Below, piece by piece: positions 25,369 through 35,717 of a stretch of DNA of 64,000 nt. A model generated the notes under the pieces. It saw only the letters and a list, made by a program, of their open reading frames with translations. It was not told the origin of the DNA and searched no databases. A program made the translations under genes and the position numbers. Each line of letters starts with the position of its first letter. Position 1 is the first letter of the stretch. The stretch is taken from NCBI GenBank assembly GCA_000002435.2, contig CM018792.1. One strand, 5' to 3'. The DNA is from Giardia intestinalis. Its lineage: Eukaryota.

Positions 25369-28023
25369 TCACTGGTTAGTGCGAGCCTTGATAGCTGCGA
25401 TGGCAGCGGCCACACGAGCCACGGGAACTCTGTACGGGGAGCAGGAGACATAGTTCAGGCCAATCTTGTGCAGGAACAGGATGGACGCGGGATCCGTCTG
25501 CTCGCCGCAAATGCCTATCTTCATGTCAGTGCGCGTACTGCGGCCGCCCTCGATAGCCATCTTCATCAGAGCACCCACACCCTGCTGGTCGAGGGTGACA
25601 AACGGATCAACCTTGAAGATCCCCCTGTCGATATACTTGGGGATGAACTTTCCAGCATCGTCACGGGAGATACCGAATGTCGTCTGTGTAAGATCGTTGG
25701 TTCCAAACGAGAAGTACTGAGCTGTCTGAGCAATCTTGTCAGCCATGACACAGGCGCGCGGCAACTCTATCATGGTCCCCACCTCATAGTCAACAGTCGT
25801 GCCGTGCTCCTTGAAAACGCTAGCTGCCACCCTATTAACAAGAGCATGCATGATCTCCATCTCGTTTTCAGAGAAAAGAACAGGGATCATGATCTCTGGT
25901 TTAACAGTGACGCCCTCACGCGAGACTATGCACGCGGCCTCAAGAATGGCGCGGACCTGCATCTCTGAGATCTCTGGGTACACAATGCCAAGCCGGACGC
26001 CGCGGAACCCAAGCATGGGGTTCACCTCATGAAGATCCTCCACCCTCTCGTGGATGTGGCGGTGCTTCTTGTTCATGTCCTCAGCCAGCTTCTTCTGGAG
26101 GTCTCTGGTGTGTGGCAGAAACTCGTGGAGAGGAGGATCCAGCAAACGGATATTAACGCCCTTGCCGTCCATGGCCTTGAAAATGCCTATGAAATCTTCG
26201 CGCTGGAATGGCAAGAGCTTGTTCAGGGCTGTTCTTCGCGCGCCCTCGTCATCAGACAAGATCATCTCGCGCATTGCCATGATGCGGTCGGCCGCGAAGA
26301 ACATGTGCTCTGTCCTGCAAAGCCCGATGCCCTCTGCGCCAAACTTACGGGCCACAGCAGCGTCGTGGGGCGTGTCCGCGTTGGTGCGGATTTTCAGAAC
26401 ACGATACTTGTCAGACCAGTCCATGATCGTCTGGAGGTCGTCAGTAATGCCTGGTTCAATGGTCTGAACGGCGCCATTGTAAATCTCACCAGTCGTTCCA
26501 TTGATGGAGATGAAGTCGCCCTCCTTGAATTTCCTGTCCCCAATCACCAACGTCTTGGTGGCATAGTTGATCTGGCAGCAATCAGCCCCCGCAACGCAGC
26601 ACTTGCCCATGCCACGCGCCACAACGGCGGCATGAGATGTCTGGCCACCGCGCGCAGTGAGAATGCCGACTGCGCGGTCCATTCCAAGGATGTCCTCTGG
26701 GGATGTCTCAATACGGGTGAGGATAACCTTTTTACCTTGCTCGGCGAGCTCACACGTGCGCATTGGACAGAAGCAAATTACACCGACAGCAGCGCCAGGA
26801 GAAGCAGGGATGCCCTTTCCGAGGACGACTGGTTTGACGCTCGGATCAAAGCGCTTGAAGAGGAACTCGTTGATCTTGTTGGCATCGATCCTGAGCAGCG
26901 CCTCTTCTTCCGTGAGCATCCCCTCCTTGCACATGTCGATGGCGATGCGGACCATCGCGAATCCCGTACGCTTTCCGGCGCGAGCCTGAAGCATCCAGAG
27001 CTTTCCGTTCTCGACAGTGAACTCAAGGTCAACCATGTCGTTGTAATAGCCCTCCAACTTGGCGTAGATCAAGGAAAGCTCATCATAGCACGCCTTCCAG
27101 GACGCGTTGATGGTCGGCATCTCCTTGAGGTTGACGGGGGTGCGGATTCCTGCAACAACGTCCTCTCCCTGTGCATTCTGTAGAAATTCGCCGTAGAGAT
27201 AGCTGAACTTCTCTCCGGTCTTGGGACAGCGTGTGAAGCCAACACCGGTGCCAGAGTCATCGCCTGTGTTTCCAAAGACCATCGACTGAACGTTGACGGC
27301 GGTGCCCATGTTGTGGTCGAGCTTGTTGAGAGTTCTGTACGCCTGCGCGCGAGGGTTTGTCCAGCTCCTGAAAACAGCGTTGATGGCTAGCTCCAGCTGC
27401 TCATGCGGACACTGTGGGAATGTCTTTCCTGTGGCTGCGACACAGATCTTCCTGTAAGCCTCGCACACCTCCTCAAGTTCATCGGCTGTGAGCTCAGGAT
27501 CCGTCTTGCGGCCATACCTGGTCTTGACTGCGTCAAGAGCGTGCTCAAACTTGTCGTGGTCAATCCCCAGGCAGACATCGCCGAACATCTGCATGAAGCG
27601 GCGGTAGGAGTCGTACGCAAAGCGGGCGTTACCTGTCACTGCAGCAAGACCCTTCACAGACTCATCGTTGAGACCAAGGTTGAGGATCGTGTCCATCATG
27701 CCAGGCATGGAGACCGCGGCTCCAGAGCGAACCGAGACGAGAAGAGGGTTTGTGTTGTCCCCGAAAGTCTTCCCCATCTTTTCCTCAAGGAGCTTGAGGT
27801 TACTGGCCACCTCCTCCTTCAAACCCTCGGGCCAGGAGGCTGTCTTCTGGTACTCTACGCAGGTCTGGCACGTGATGGTGAACCCAAGAGGAACCGGCAT
27901 GCCGAGCTTAATCATGGCTGCAAGAGAAATCCCCTTGCCTCCAAGGACCTTCCTGCAGAGCTCCGAATTCGCCGGCTGGTTCTCTGGCGTCTCGCCGAAG
28001 AAGTACACCCTCCTAGTGGACAT
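25369..28023 (-). CDS. PPDK: Pyruvate, phosphate dikinase (PPDK)
   Basis: 884 aa; ATP-grasp N-terminal region; the phospho-histidine swivel domain GGQTSHAAVVARGMGKCCVAGA; C-terminal PEP-utilising TIM barrel (GICGEQ...). High-GC codon bias and a strongly AT-rich promoter. Confidence 0.9.
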   Translation of the reverse strand: MSTRRVYFFGETPENQPANSELCRKVLGGKGISLAAMIKLGMPVPLGFTITCQTCVEYQKTASWPEGLKEEVASNLKLLEEKMGKTFGDNTNPLLVSVRSGAAVSMPGMMDTILNLGLNDESVKGLAAVTGNARFAYDSYRRFMQMFGDVCLGIDHDKFEHALDAVKTRYGRKTDPELTADELEEVCEAYRKICVAATGKTFPQCPHEQLELAINAVFRSWTNPRAQAYRTLNKLDHNMGTAVNVQSMVFGNTGDDSGTGVGFTRCPKTGEKFSYLYGEFLQNAQGEDVVAGIRTPVNLKEMPTINASWKACYDELSLIYAKLEGYYNDMVDLEFTVENGKLWMLQARAGKRTGFAMVRIAIDMCKEGMLTEEEALLRIDANKINEFLFKRFDPSVKPVVLGKGIPASPGAAVGVICFCPMRTCELAEQGKKVILTRIETSPEDILGMDRAVGILTARGGQTSHAAVVARGMGKCCVAGADCCQINYATKTLVIGDRKFKEGDFISINGTTGEIYNGAVQTIEPGITDDLQTIMDWSDKYRVLKIRTNADTPHDAAVARKFGAEGIGLCRTEHMFFAADRIMAMREMILSDDEGARRTALNKLLPFQREDFIGIFKAMDGKGVNIRLLDPPLHEFLPHTRDLQKKLAEDMNKKHRHIHERVEDLHEVNPMLGFRGVRLGIVYPEISEMQVRAILEAACIVSREGVTVKPEIMIPVLFSENEMEIMHALVNRVAASVFKEHGTTVDYEVGTMIELPRACVMADKIAQTAQYFSFGTNDLTQTTFGISRDDAGKFIPKYIDRGIFKVDPFVTLDQQGVGALMKMAIEGGRSTRTDMKIGICGEQTDPASILFLHKIGLNYVSCSPYRVPVARVAAAIAAIKARTNQ

Positions 28024-28062
28024 CCAATTATTTATTAGAAATTCAAAAAAAATGGGGATATT

Positions 28063-29361
28063 TCATTTAAATTGTTTTACACATGCTACCAACGCGACAT
28101 TGAGAACGACTCCGTATGCGATATACCGACCTGCTGAAAATAGAATGGAGGAGTGTTCTGTTAGAAAGTACATATTGTAGAGGGCAGAGATCCCCGCAAA
28201 TAGAGGGTTCCTGATGAATGCTGCAAGGGTATCGTAGAGCGGCAGACGCCGGCACTCGAAGGGTTGCTTATCTAGGTCGTCCCGGTCATATGCTGTGTGG
28301 GCTACAACATTGAAGAAAGACACGAAGTACCCTCGGATGCCTCGTGAATTGTACGTTGCACACCGTGCTATTGCAGCGGCCGTCCGAATACTCATTCGCA
28401 TGCTTTCCATGAGCTCTCCTTTAACGACCTTGCTTAGCTTTTCATGTGAATATTGGCTAGCAGATGCTCCTTGCAAGTTTGTGCTTCCGATCTCCATAAG
28501 TATCTTATCCACGTCATCCCTCAACGTCCTTCTTTGGTTGTGATCCTCGGTGTCGCAACAGTGTTCACGAACAATGAACAACATTGCCTGGCCTGTCTTC
28601 TTTACGGCATACAGCAAGTCTGCAGCTTGCTTTTCTTTGGGGATAATTGGGAACTTGTCGCCGCTGGCTGGATTCTTCTCCGTGTCAAATGCGACATAGG
28701 AGCCATCGGAAGAAGTGACTACTACAATTTGTGCCTCATCGAGTCTTTGAAGCACCTCTTCACGCTTTGCAAACGGTGAAATGCCCCTTATAACGCTGCA
28801 CGTTCCCGAATGCTTTAGAGAAGCCACGTCTCCTGCTATACTCCACGGCTTGCCTGCACTTCCGTACAGCGGGGCATCCCCCAGCAAGAGCCCAGAGATA
28901 ATTGATATCCCATTGCGGTGCGCGATTGTGGCCAGAAAGCCCAGAGTGGGGATCGCGTCAAGGCCAAGGGTGTGTACCAATCCCCAGTCTCCTTCGAGCG
29001 CACGCATGCTATTCTTATACTTCCCTGTATTCTTATCCGCAAATTCCTTGACGAGGTCCTGGGTGGCTCCGATTACTGGGGTTCCCTTTGTAAACAGCGC
29101 TATGGCCGGAGTTACTCCCTCAGATAGAGCGAATGCGCGGAGCTCTGCTACTGCATTGTAATTGTCTGGAAAGCTTAGTCCTTGAAGTATTGGTAGAACA
29201 TCAAAGGCTATCACCGGATGGTGGTGAGCGATAGCTGTAGCAACTTCTCTAGAAAAGATAGAACCTCCATTGATAAAAGAGCGTGGAGTGAGAAACAAAT
29301 AGGCAAGTGAGGCGTAGAGGAGTGTGGCTGTGCGGAGGAGGCGCAGGATAGTGAATAGCAT
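28063..29361 (-). CDS. Hypothetical membrane protein (N-terminal signal anchor, C-terminal TM)
   Basis: MLFTILRLLRTATLLYASLAYLFL hydrophobic N-terminus and a C-terminal hydrophobic stretch. No family recognised. Confidence 0.5.
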   Translation of the reverse strand: MLFTILRLLRTATLLYASLAYLFLTPRSFINGGSIFSREVATAIAHHHPVIAFDVLPILQGLSFPDNYNAVAELRAFALSEGVTPAIALFTKGTPVIGATQDLVKEFADKNTGKYKNSMRALEGDWGLVHTLGLDAIPTLGFLATIAHRNGISIISGLLLGDAPLYGSAGKPWSIAGDVASLKHSGTCSVIRGISPFAKREEVLQRLDEAQIVVVTSSDGSYVAFDTEKNPASGDKFPIIPKEKQAADLLYAVKKTGQAMLFIVREHCCDTEDHNQRRTLRDDVDKILMEIGSTNLQGASASQYSHEKLSKVVKGELMESMRMSIRTAAAIARCATYNSRGIRGYFVSFFNVVAHTAYDRDDLDKQPFECRRLPLYDTLAAFIRNPLFAGISALYNMYFLTEHSSILFSAGRYIAYGVVLNVALVACVKQFK

Positions 29362-29386
29362 GGCTTTGCGTTTCGATTAAAAAAGT
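29362..29386. promoter_or_regulatory. 25-nt AT-rich bidirectional promoter gap
   Basis: The gap between ATGs at 29361 (-) and 29387 (+) is ctttgcgtttcgattaaaaaagt. Confidence 0.45.
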
Positions 29387-30364
29387 ATGACAAGCATTAC
29401 TCAACTTTGCAATGATCTGTACGACGCTCTTAACGGCCACGCAATTAAGGATTCTGTAGTAATAAAGCTGTGTTGCTCTGTCCCCCAGCATACCCTTGTG
29501 CAGGTTGCTCTCCGCTACCAGGCCATGACTGGCTGTAGTCTTGAACAGATTTTAACTACTGATACGGAAAGTAATTATAGGCGGATTCTTGCTAGATTAT
29601 GTATGAGACGGCAGCTCTTGATGCTTAATATTATCCACGAGTATATAGTCACAATGAGCGACAAGCGCATAGAACCTGCTGTCGCGATCATGCATTTAGG
29701 TTTAGTGTTGTGTACACTCAGTAAGAAACAGCTCTATGAGCTCGTTGTGGCATATAAGCAGCAGTACTTCTCCGACATCACAGAGGATATTTATGAGATT
29801 CTACGGAAACTGTCGCCCAACATCCCTGATTCAAATGTGGTCTCCCGTATCTTCATATCTCTGCTCTCGTGCGCCCGGGACGACGACTCATTTGATGACT
29901 ATGGCGACGTGACCGAGAAAAGATCACAGCTGTTGAATGCCAACGCCTCTGCCTCTGTCGTAGGAGTGTTTGTAGAGCTTCTTTGTGGCCGCTCTGTCGC
30001 GTCCATAAAAGCTCTTGAAGGTCAGGGATTCAACGTAAAAGAGCTCCTCACACTCGTCCAGCAAAAAGGGCTTATTACTGGGCTCGCTGCTGACTTATTT
30101 CTGATTGTTTTCTATTCATGCATAGATGTACACAAGATGTGGGCGCATATGTGCAACATCGCCATTGAGAGTAAGAATTCTAAATTGTTAGCCGATACCA
30201 TTCTGATAGGTTACGATCAGTCGACACGGCTTCGAGAGGAGTACGCAGCGCTGAAAGGGACATATGATATTTCTGTGCTCCAAAATGTTATTAACGGTGA
30301 TAACCCAGATCACGAGCAAATTGTTTTCAATGCACTGATTGAGACTGGAGCCAACTTAAAGTGA
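29387..30364 (+). CDS. Annexin-like protein (alpha-giardin family candidate)
   Basis: About 325 aa with repeated annexin-repeat-like periodicity (LYDALNGHAIKDSVVIKLCCSVPQHTLVQVALRYQAMTGCSLEQIL...; second repeat ...LYELVVAYKQQYFSDITEDIYEIL). The size fits four repeats, as in alpha-giardins. Confidence 0.45.
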   Translation: MTSITQLCNDLYDALNGHAIKDSVVIKLCCSVPQHTLVQVALRYQAMTGCSLEQILTTDTESNYRRILARLCMRRQLLMLNIIHEYIVTMSDKRIEPAVAIMHLGLVLCTLSKKQLYELVVAYKQQYFSDITEDIYEILRKLSPNIPDSNVVSRIFISLLSCARDDDSFDDYGDVTEKRSQLLNANASASVVGVFVELLCGRSVASIKALEGQGFNVKELLTLVQQKGLITGLAADLFLIVFYSCIDVHKMWAHMCNIAIESKNSKLLADTILIGYDQSTRLREEYAALKGTYDISVLQNVINGDNPDHEQIVFNALIETGANLK

Positions 30365-30955
30365 ATGCTGTTGAAAGTACCTCTGTTCTATGTGGCCCAG
30401 AATTGTGTCGAGGCGTGATGACATTAGGCACGGGATTGCGTCAGCCATAGAGCAACAAGCCCGAGCATAGCTGGCAAGGCTTTCAAGCTTCCGCTGTATG
30501 GCGTGACGCTGTCTTAACAGGGCAGCATATCCATCCGCTGGATGCAGGAGTGTACTACGTACTTCCTCATCACAGATCTCCAGGAGAGCTGCGATCTCCG
30601 CCACAGCTGGAAGTGTGTCTACAGGGATGCTTAGGGAAAGACCTAATTGATTGCTCATATCCTGTCCTAACAGTGATATGAAGCTTGTGTGGCGAAGAAG
30701 ACTTGCAATGCTTAGCGGACTGGTGCATAGTTCTTGCAATCTCTTGTTTGACAGAAGAGATTCAACTATTTGTGCACGGATTGGGTCTGATGAATTATCC
30801 CGGAAGAGTTTTGGCCTACTGACTTTGGATGCTTCTTCTGGAGCCCCAGCGCTCACTTGCGCTAATAAAGAAGCCAACCATTCGATGTTTGACACGCCAG
30901 AGTCATCCTTCGAAACTAAAGCTACTTGCTTGACCTTAGTAGAATCAGCAAACAT
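30356..30955 (-). CDS. Hypothetical protein (199 aa)
   Basis: ORF with an ATG; no family recognised. Confidence 0.4.
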   Translation of the reverse strand: MFADSTKVKQVALVSKDDSGVSNIEWLASLLAQVSAGAPEEASKVSRPKLFRDNSSDPIRAQIVESLLSNKRLQELCTSPLSIASLLRHTSFISLLGQDMSNQLGLSLSIPVDTLPAVAEIAALLEICDEEVRSTLLHPADGYAALLRQRHAIQRKLESLASYARACCSMADAIPCLMSSRLDTILGHIEQRYFQQHSL

Positions 30956-31056
30956 TTTATTCTGCTACCTAAGGACCCAGAGTTCGTATTATCCATTCTG
31001 GGAAAGCTAGTAGGCCTGGCATGCATAGACTCATGCCACCAGTTAATTTCAATTAA

Positions 31057-32685
31057 ATGAGCAGCGAAACCATACCGTCCTTAGACATTAACAGGCTCGT
31101 CTGGGAGCTAGCTTCCGACAAGAAATCAATACGGCATACCGCCTTTGATACTGTATATGACGGTTTGGCGTTGCAGACCCGACGAGAGCCTTTGGACTAT
31201 CTTGCAATGATGCGGCTTTGGAAGGGACTGTACTATCTCTTATGGAAGGAAGATAAAGTTGACATGCAGTTCACACTCTGCAAAAGGATATCAGGGCTAA
31301 TTCATATGCTCCCTGAGCCTTCTCCGAAAGAGGAGAGAGCCTTTATGAAATTTGCAGGGGTGGATAATGAAGGGTCTTTGTATGATGAGGACGAGGACAC
31401 CGAGGATGATACCGCTGATTACGGCGGCCAGGCCGTTCTGTTTGCTCGTTGCGGTCTAGAAACTTTGTGTCGCGAATGGCCATCTGTTGATTATTTGCGC
31501 CAGTCGAAAGTAATGCGTCTTGTCCGTGACTTTGTCTATGCACTAATAGAGCGAATACTGAGCAACTATGATGAAAGTGCCATAGAGGCAAATATGCTCA
31601 TTCATACCGTCTCTCTGGTCTTGCTTAGTAACTCTCGTATCGTTCAACAAGCATCTCCCAAATCCCTTGTGATTCATTTCTCAGATGTATGGGCAGATGG
31701 GATTCGTCGAGGCCTCAAGCAGACCTACGAAAGCCAGCCGTTCACAGAGGAAAAGCTTTCGCACTTATTGAGTCCATGGATCGAGTATGTGGTAAATAGT
31801 ATCGATAAGGAGGTTTCTGAGTCTATAGGAACAAATATATTCAGCCGTATAACAGATACCAGCTATAACCCTCCAGAGAACTTCGCAGAGTACCTTAGAA
31901 ATGTGGAAGAGGACGAGGGTTCAGAGAGTGATCAGGATATATCTCTTATTGAATTAGTGCTCTCTCAAGCTAAAGAAGCAGAGCGTGTAGAACAGCAGAT
32001 GCAAGGTGTATCAACAAAGTGTGAGCTAAATATAAAAAAGATACGGAGACCATGGGAAAAGAGGATGCGTGGGCACGTAGGCAGCTATAGGTACGCAGAA
32101 AAAGACCCACACGCACGCCCTGGGCCCACCACAGAAGAGAGCAGTGACAATACAGGAAACAGAGTCGAGTATCGGGGGGCTCGAGCCCTCTCCAACAGCG
32201 AGATACTCGAGATGTTTGCCACTGAGCTACAGGAAGCGCAGGCATGGTGGAGAGCTAACAGTGAAGCGATCTTAGAAAGCCTAGCGAATGCAGACCAGGA
32301 GCCTGCTCCAAAACGCGTCTTGCGCAAAGAAGAAAAGGCATTTGTGGAGGCGAAGCAATACCTTAACCGCTCTATTTATGCTAAATATAAGACAGAGCTC
32401 CATAATGTCCGTGTTTCTCGACGAGGACTTCTTGTTTATGATCCAAAGGTTCACGAGCGCATGCTACGGACAGAAGACTATGCAGTTATCAAACCTGTAC
32501 TTCTTAATCAGTTAGACCCCGAAGAGCTGGAGAAACTGTTTGGGACAGATAGTGGAATACTAGACGAACTGGGCGCTGTCATTGGTGCTTCACGATTCTA
32601 TGCACGCGAGGATATGGAGGACACAGATTCCATTGATGCAGATCGTGAATCTAGCAATTCAGAGGAGGATGACTGCCATAAGTGA
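31057..32685 (+). CDS. RRP1: Nop52 / RRP1 (ribosomal RNA processing protein 1) homolog
   Basis: N-terminal Nop52 signature LWKGLYYLLWKEDKVDMQFTLCKRISGLIHML (cf. [30 protein letters not shown]); acidic stretches; AT-rich promoter aatttcaattaaATG. Confidence 0.65.
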   Translation: MSSETIPSLDINRLVWELASDKKSIRHTAFDTVYDGLALQTRREPLDYLAMMRLWKGLYYLLWKEDKVDMQFTLCKRISGLIHMLPEPSPKEERAFMKFAGVDNEGSLYDEDEDTEDDTADYGGQAVLFARCGLETLCREWPSVDYLRQSKVMRLVRDFVYALIERILSNYDESAIEANMLIHTVSLVLLSNSRIVQQASPKSLVIHFSDVWADGIRRGLKQTYESQPFTEEKLSHLLSPWIEYVVNSIDKEVSESIGTNIFSRITDTSYNPPENFAEYLRNVEEDEGSESDQDISLIELVLSQAKEAERVEQQMQGVSTKCELNIKKIRRPWEKRMRGHVGSYRYAEKDPHARPGPTTEESSDNTGNRVEYRGARALSNSEILEMFATELQEAQAWWRANSEAILESLANADQEPAPKRVLRKEEKAFVEAKQYLNRSIYAKYKTELHNVRVSRRGLLVYDPKVHERMLRTEDYAVIKPVLLNQLDPEELEKLFGTDSGILDELGAVIGASRFYAREDMEDTDSIDADRESSNSEEDDCHK

Positions 32686-32700
32686 ATTTAAGCTTCAGCT

Positions 32701-33570
32701 ATGATCAACTTTGTCTTTCGGGTCTATAGCGGGCTCCGGTCATTCCTCCAATCTGTTCGGCTGTGCACGTACGTGTTCCTGGACAGCATGGCAAACGTTT
32801 TCTACCCATATATGTGGAGTCTCGATACAAGAATTCGATCTCTCGCACACGTGCCAAAGCACATCTTCTTCACAGGAGGGCTAAACAATCACAATGCGAG
32901 CAAGCGCGCATCACACGCGCGCCGCCTGAGCGCCATCCTCGCAGCTGCTATTGATGGTGGCGTGAAGCTTTTCACCTTATACTCTTCCCATGAGCTCTGG
33001 CACTTTGAGGAAATAAATGCGCTCCTCCTGTCACTAACAAACGAATTGAAGCGTCTAGGGTATACGCCATTCATCTCGTTGGCCGTTAAGACAGTGGATA
33101 CCCAGCTCTTTAAAAGTGGTGCAGAGAGCACTGAAAGTGACGATGAAAGTGACGGCCTACTGACTCCGCTTAACATTCTGCTGCTAAGCCCAGCAGCAAG
33201 GCCTGGCAATTTTTCTCGAGCTGATGCCATCATTCAGTTACTAGACATTCGTAATTCGCATGGCTCGTATATATCGCACCTGGCACAATACGCAGGAAAA
33301 GACTTTTCATACAGCAATATGGTAGAGGGCTTTCATGGCCTGGCTATGGATACATCTGGGCACTTTATAGGGTATCCAGACCTGTACCTTTCCTTTTCAA
33401 AGTACCAGATACCACAAGTCCACAATTGTATGCCTTGGATGCTGCGGTGTGCAATGATTTTCATGTGTCCGCCGATCAGGCACTACAACGTGCAGTCGTT
33501 CTGGCGAGATTTAGTCAGGTACAACAGGGCACGGCAGCGCCGCGCAGACATAACCAAGAACCTAGATTAG
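32701..33570 (+). CDS. Nus1/NgBR-like cis-prenyltransferase accessory subunit (tentative)
   Basis: UPP-synthase-like fold pattern (HIFFTGGLNNHN...GVKLFTLYSS) and a C-terminal PDLYLSF....PWMLRCA...Y..R.QRR resembling the Nus1 C-terminus. Weak. Confidence 0.35.
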   Translation: MINFVFRVYSGLRSFLQSVRLCTYVFLDSMANVFYPYMWSLDTRIRSLAHVPKHIFFTGGLNNHNASKRASHARRLSAILAAAIDGGVKLFTLYSSHELWHFEEINALLLSLTNELKRLGYTPFISLAVKTVDTQLFKSGAESTESDDESDGLLTPLNILLLSPAARPGNFSRADAIIQLLDIRNSHGSYISHLAQYAGKDFSYSNMVEGFHGLAMDTSGHFIGYPDLYLSFSKYQIPQVHNCMPWMLRCAMIFMCPPIRHYNVQSFWRDLVRYNRARQRRADITKNLD

Positions 33571-33587
33571 CACAAAGAGCCCTTTAC

Positions 33588-35174
33588 TCACTTCTTACGC
33601 TGGCTTGGAGGAACGTACTTCTTTGTTTCTGTCTTAATGGCCGACAGATAAACCCCTTCCACTTCCTCAGCAAGCCCCACTGCGGCATAGTCTGCCTTAC
33701 AATAAGGTATAAAGTAGGCACTAGACAGAGCTTCAAATGGCTGCGCAGCCAGTGATTTTAGATTCATATCAAAGATCTCGATGCCGTTATCGACAGTGAA
33801 TCTGGGCTTTGTGACCAGATACAAGAGTACATCTCCTCTGGGAGAAAATAGTGCATGCGTCCTAGAGTGGATGGTCCCTTTCGCCAAATACTTCGGCTCA
33901 TTGTTGATTATTGGCCGGAGTATTCTAGAGTCCCCGTTCATCCCTGCCTCGCCTCGCAAAAGAAGGTACCTCCCGGCTACGTCCCAACTTGTTGAGTTGG
34001 TTGGCATATTGCCAAAATTGATGTCCTTCTGAAGCTCTGCCGATGCGTTTTTGCGATCCAAATTAGTGAGCATAACCACATAGCTGCATACTTTGGGGGG
34101 AACCACCCCATAGATCACGACGAACATTTCGGTTAGTACCTTTAGAGAGTCAATCTTGCCCGAAGCCAGAGCGCTTCGATCGGCAGGGGCTAAGGGCCTG
34201 ATGCTGAAATCATGAACGTAGCTTTTACCATCTGTGATCAATGTTATAGCCTTGTTGATAATGCAATAATGCCTCAGTATCGTGCCTCCGTAGTAATTGT
34301 TGGCCTTTGAAGTGTCTACGTCTGTCTTCTCTAGGAGAAGGAACCAGGCGCCAGACTCACTTGGCTTGAAGACAAATACGTCGCATGTGGCTGTCATACA
34401 GTACATGTATGGCTTTGCCATGATCTTGTCAGCGATTTCCATTGGCTTGGTGCTGGTGGTGCGACCTGTCTCGACCTCTGCTGATGAGAGCTCGACAAAT
34501 TGAGAGAGTTTGTAGACGATAGCATAGCCGGACGAACCCCCCTGCGACGGGATACACACAATGACGCTATACTTATCCAGGCTATCGGACGGGACTTTGA
34601 GGGACAAGGTAAAGTGATAAGCAGTAAGCCTCCATGGTTGGTCTCTCGGGATGGCACTCACGTATCCGTAATCCTTCAATGATCTAGACGCCAGATCATA
34701 TTGTTTGAGGCACAAAAGCCAACCATCTTGAAAGAGTACATAGTCCTCGTCCTCGCTCAGGCAGTACGGCCAGGACATACTTCGGAAACCTGCGAGTCGT
34801 ATGGTTGAATGCATACTGGCAACGATGGTCCCGCTCAATGCATCCACTAATAGGAAGTTGTCTAGTGGTCGCTGAACATTGCAGTGCAGTTGGATTAATG
34901 TTCCATAGTGAGATAGAGTGAACGACTCAATGGGGTGAGGCATGGTGTGGGTGACCTCCTTCAGAAGGATGTCTCGCTTGAGCGTCGATTCGTATACGCG
35001 ACATGTTATCTCCTGCTGCCCTGTCAGAAAGACTAACATGAGGTTGTCGGATCTTGTGATGGCGGCCGAGCACTTCACCTGTTGCTGGGACAGTGTTTGT
35101 GTCAACACAAGCCTTTTTCCATCAAAAGACCAAACCTGAGCACCGTCCGCAGAATTGGTGATAATGGGCTGCAT
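33588..35174 (-). CDS. EIF2A: Eukaryotic translation initiation factor 2A (eIF2A beta-propeller protein)
   Basis: TDVDTSKANNYYGGTILRHY (cf. human TDVDKTGASYYGEQTLHYI), IYGVVPPK, N.TSWDVAGRYLLLRGEAGMNGD (cf. YYSPHGHILVLAGFGNLRG), and the C-terminal KKYVPPSQRKK (cf. AYRPPALR). Confidence 0.7.
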   Translation of the reverse strand: MQPIITNSADGAQVWSFDGKRLVLTQTLSQQQVKCSAAITRSDNLMLVFLTGQQEITCRVYESTLKRDILLKEVTHTMPHPIESFTLSHYGTLIQLHCNVQRPLDNFLLVDALSGTIVASMHSTIRLAGFRSMSWPYCLSEDEDYVLFQDGWLLCLKQYDLASRSLKDYGYVSAIPRDQPWRLTAYHFTLSLKVPSDSLDKYSVIVCIPSQGGSSGYAIVYKLSQFVELSSAEVETGRTTSTKPMEIADKIMAKPYMYCMTATCDVFVFKPSESGAWFLLLEKTDVDTSKANNYYGGTILRHYCIINKAITLITDGKSYVHDFSIRPLAPADRSALASGKIDSLKVLTEMFVVIYGVVPPKVCSYVVMLTNLDRKNASAELQKDINFGNMPTNSTSWDVAGRYLLLRGEAGMNGDSRILRPIINNEPKYLAKGTIHSRTHALFSPRGDVLLYLVTKPRFTVDNGIEIFDMNLKSLAAQPFEALSSAYFIPYCKADYAAVGLAEEVEGVYLSAIKTETKKYVPPSQRKK

Positions 35175-35387
35175 TAAAGTCGATTGGATTTTAAGTTAAA
35201 ACGTCATGTCTACCTAAGCATTTCAAGCACGTTAGCATTATTACCTTGTTATTACTTTGTAATTTTATTATAAATTGCAAGTTTTCCAAAGAAAAGACTC
35301 TAAAGCAGTATTCCTTTTGGGTGCATCTAAAGAGGAGAACCTGCCCTACTACTTGGCGTCAAATCCTCCTCGTTGCTTACCCTATCA

Positions 35388-35702
35388 ATGGAAGAGACTG
35401 CAGAGTCGTTTTTGTCACAGTATAAAAGACTTGAATCTGCCAAAGCACCCTCGAGTGAGGGCGCCAGAAGGTTTCGCCTGGCTGTTTTGGCACAGTGCAT
35501 AGCATCGGAGCAGTCTGATGTGGACATGTTGTCACTCTTTCACGCCTGCCTTCACGCTCAGCCCCCAACCACTTCGGCAGAGAAGGCTGTTTACGACCTT
35601 GCATGCGACCTGGACCGTGCCGCTTCCCAGGCTGTGTCTGGTGACCAAACCATAGATGCTACCATGGAAGTTGAACGCCTCTTGAGTCAATTCATTCCAT
35701 AG
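35388..35702 (+). CDS. Small hypothetical protein
   Basis: ATG at 35388 (the ORF track starts at TTG 35373). It ends at TAG 35700-35702, in the same frame as the next ORF. Confidence 0.3.
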   Translation: MEETAESFLSQYKRLESAKAPSSEGARRFRLAVLAQCIASEQSDVDMLSLFHACLHAQPPTTSAEKAVYDLACDLDRAASQAVSGDQTIDATMEVERLLSQFIP

Positions 35703-35717
35703 AGGCAAAAAGATTTT

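Noticed and set aside
26029-27183. 384-aa + strand ORF, plus several 60-200-aa ORFs, antisense inside the PPDK gene
   Set aside because: The PPDK gene has a strong GC3 codon bias that opens the opposite-strand frames. The protein has no features, and PPDK homology on the - strand explains the region completely.
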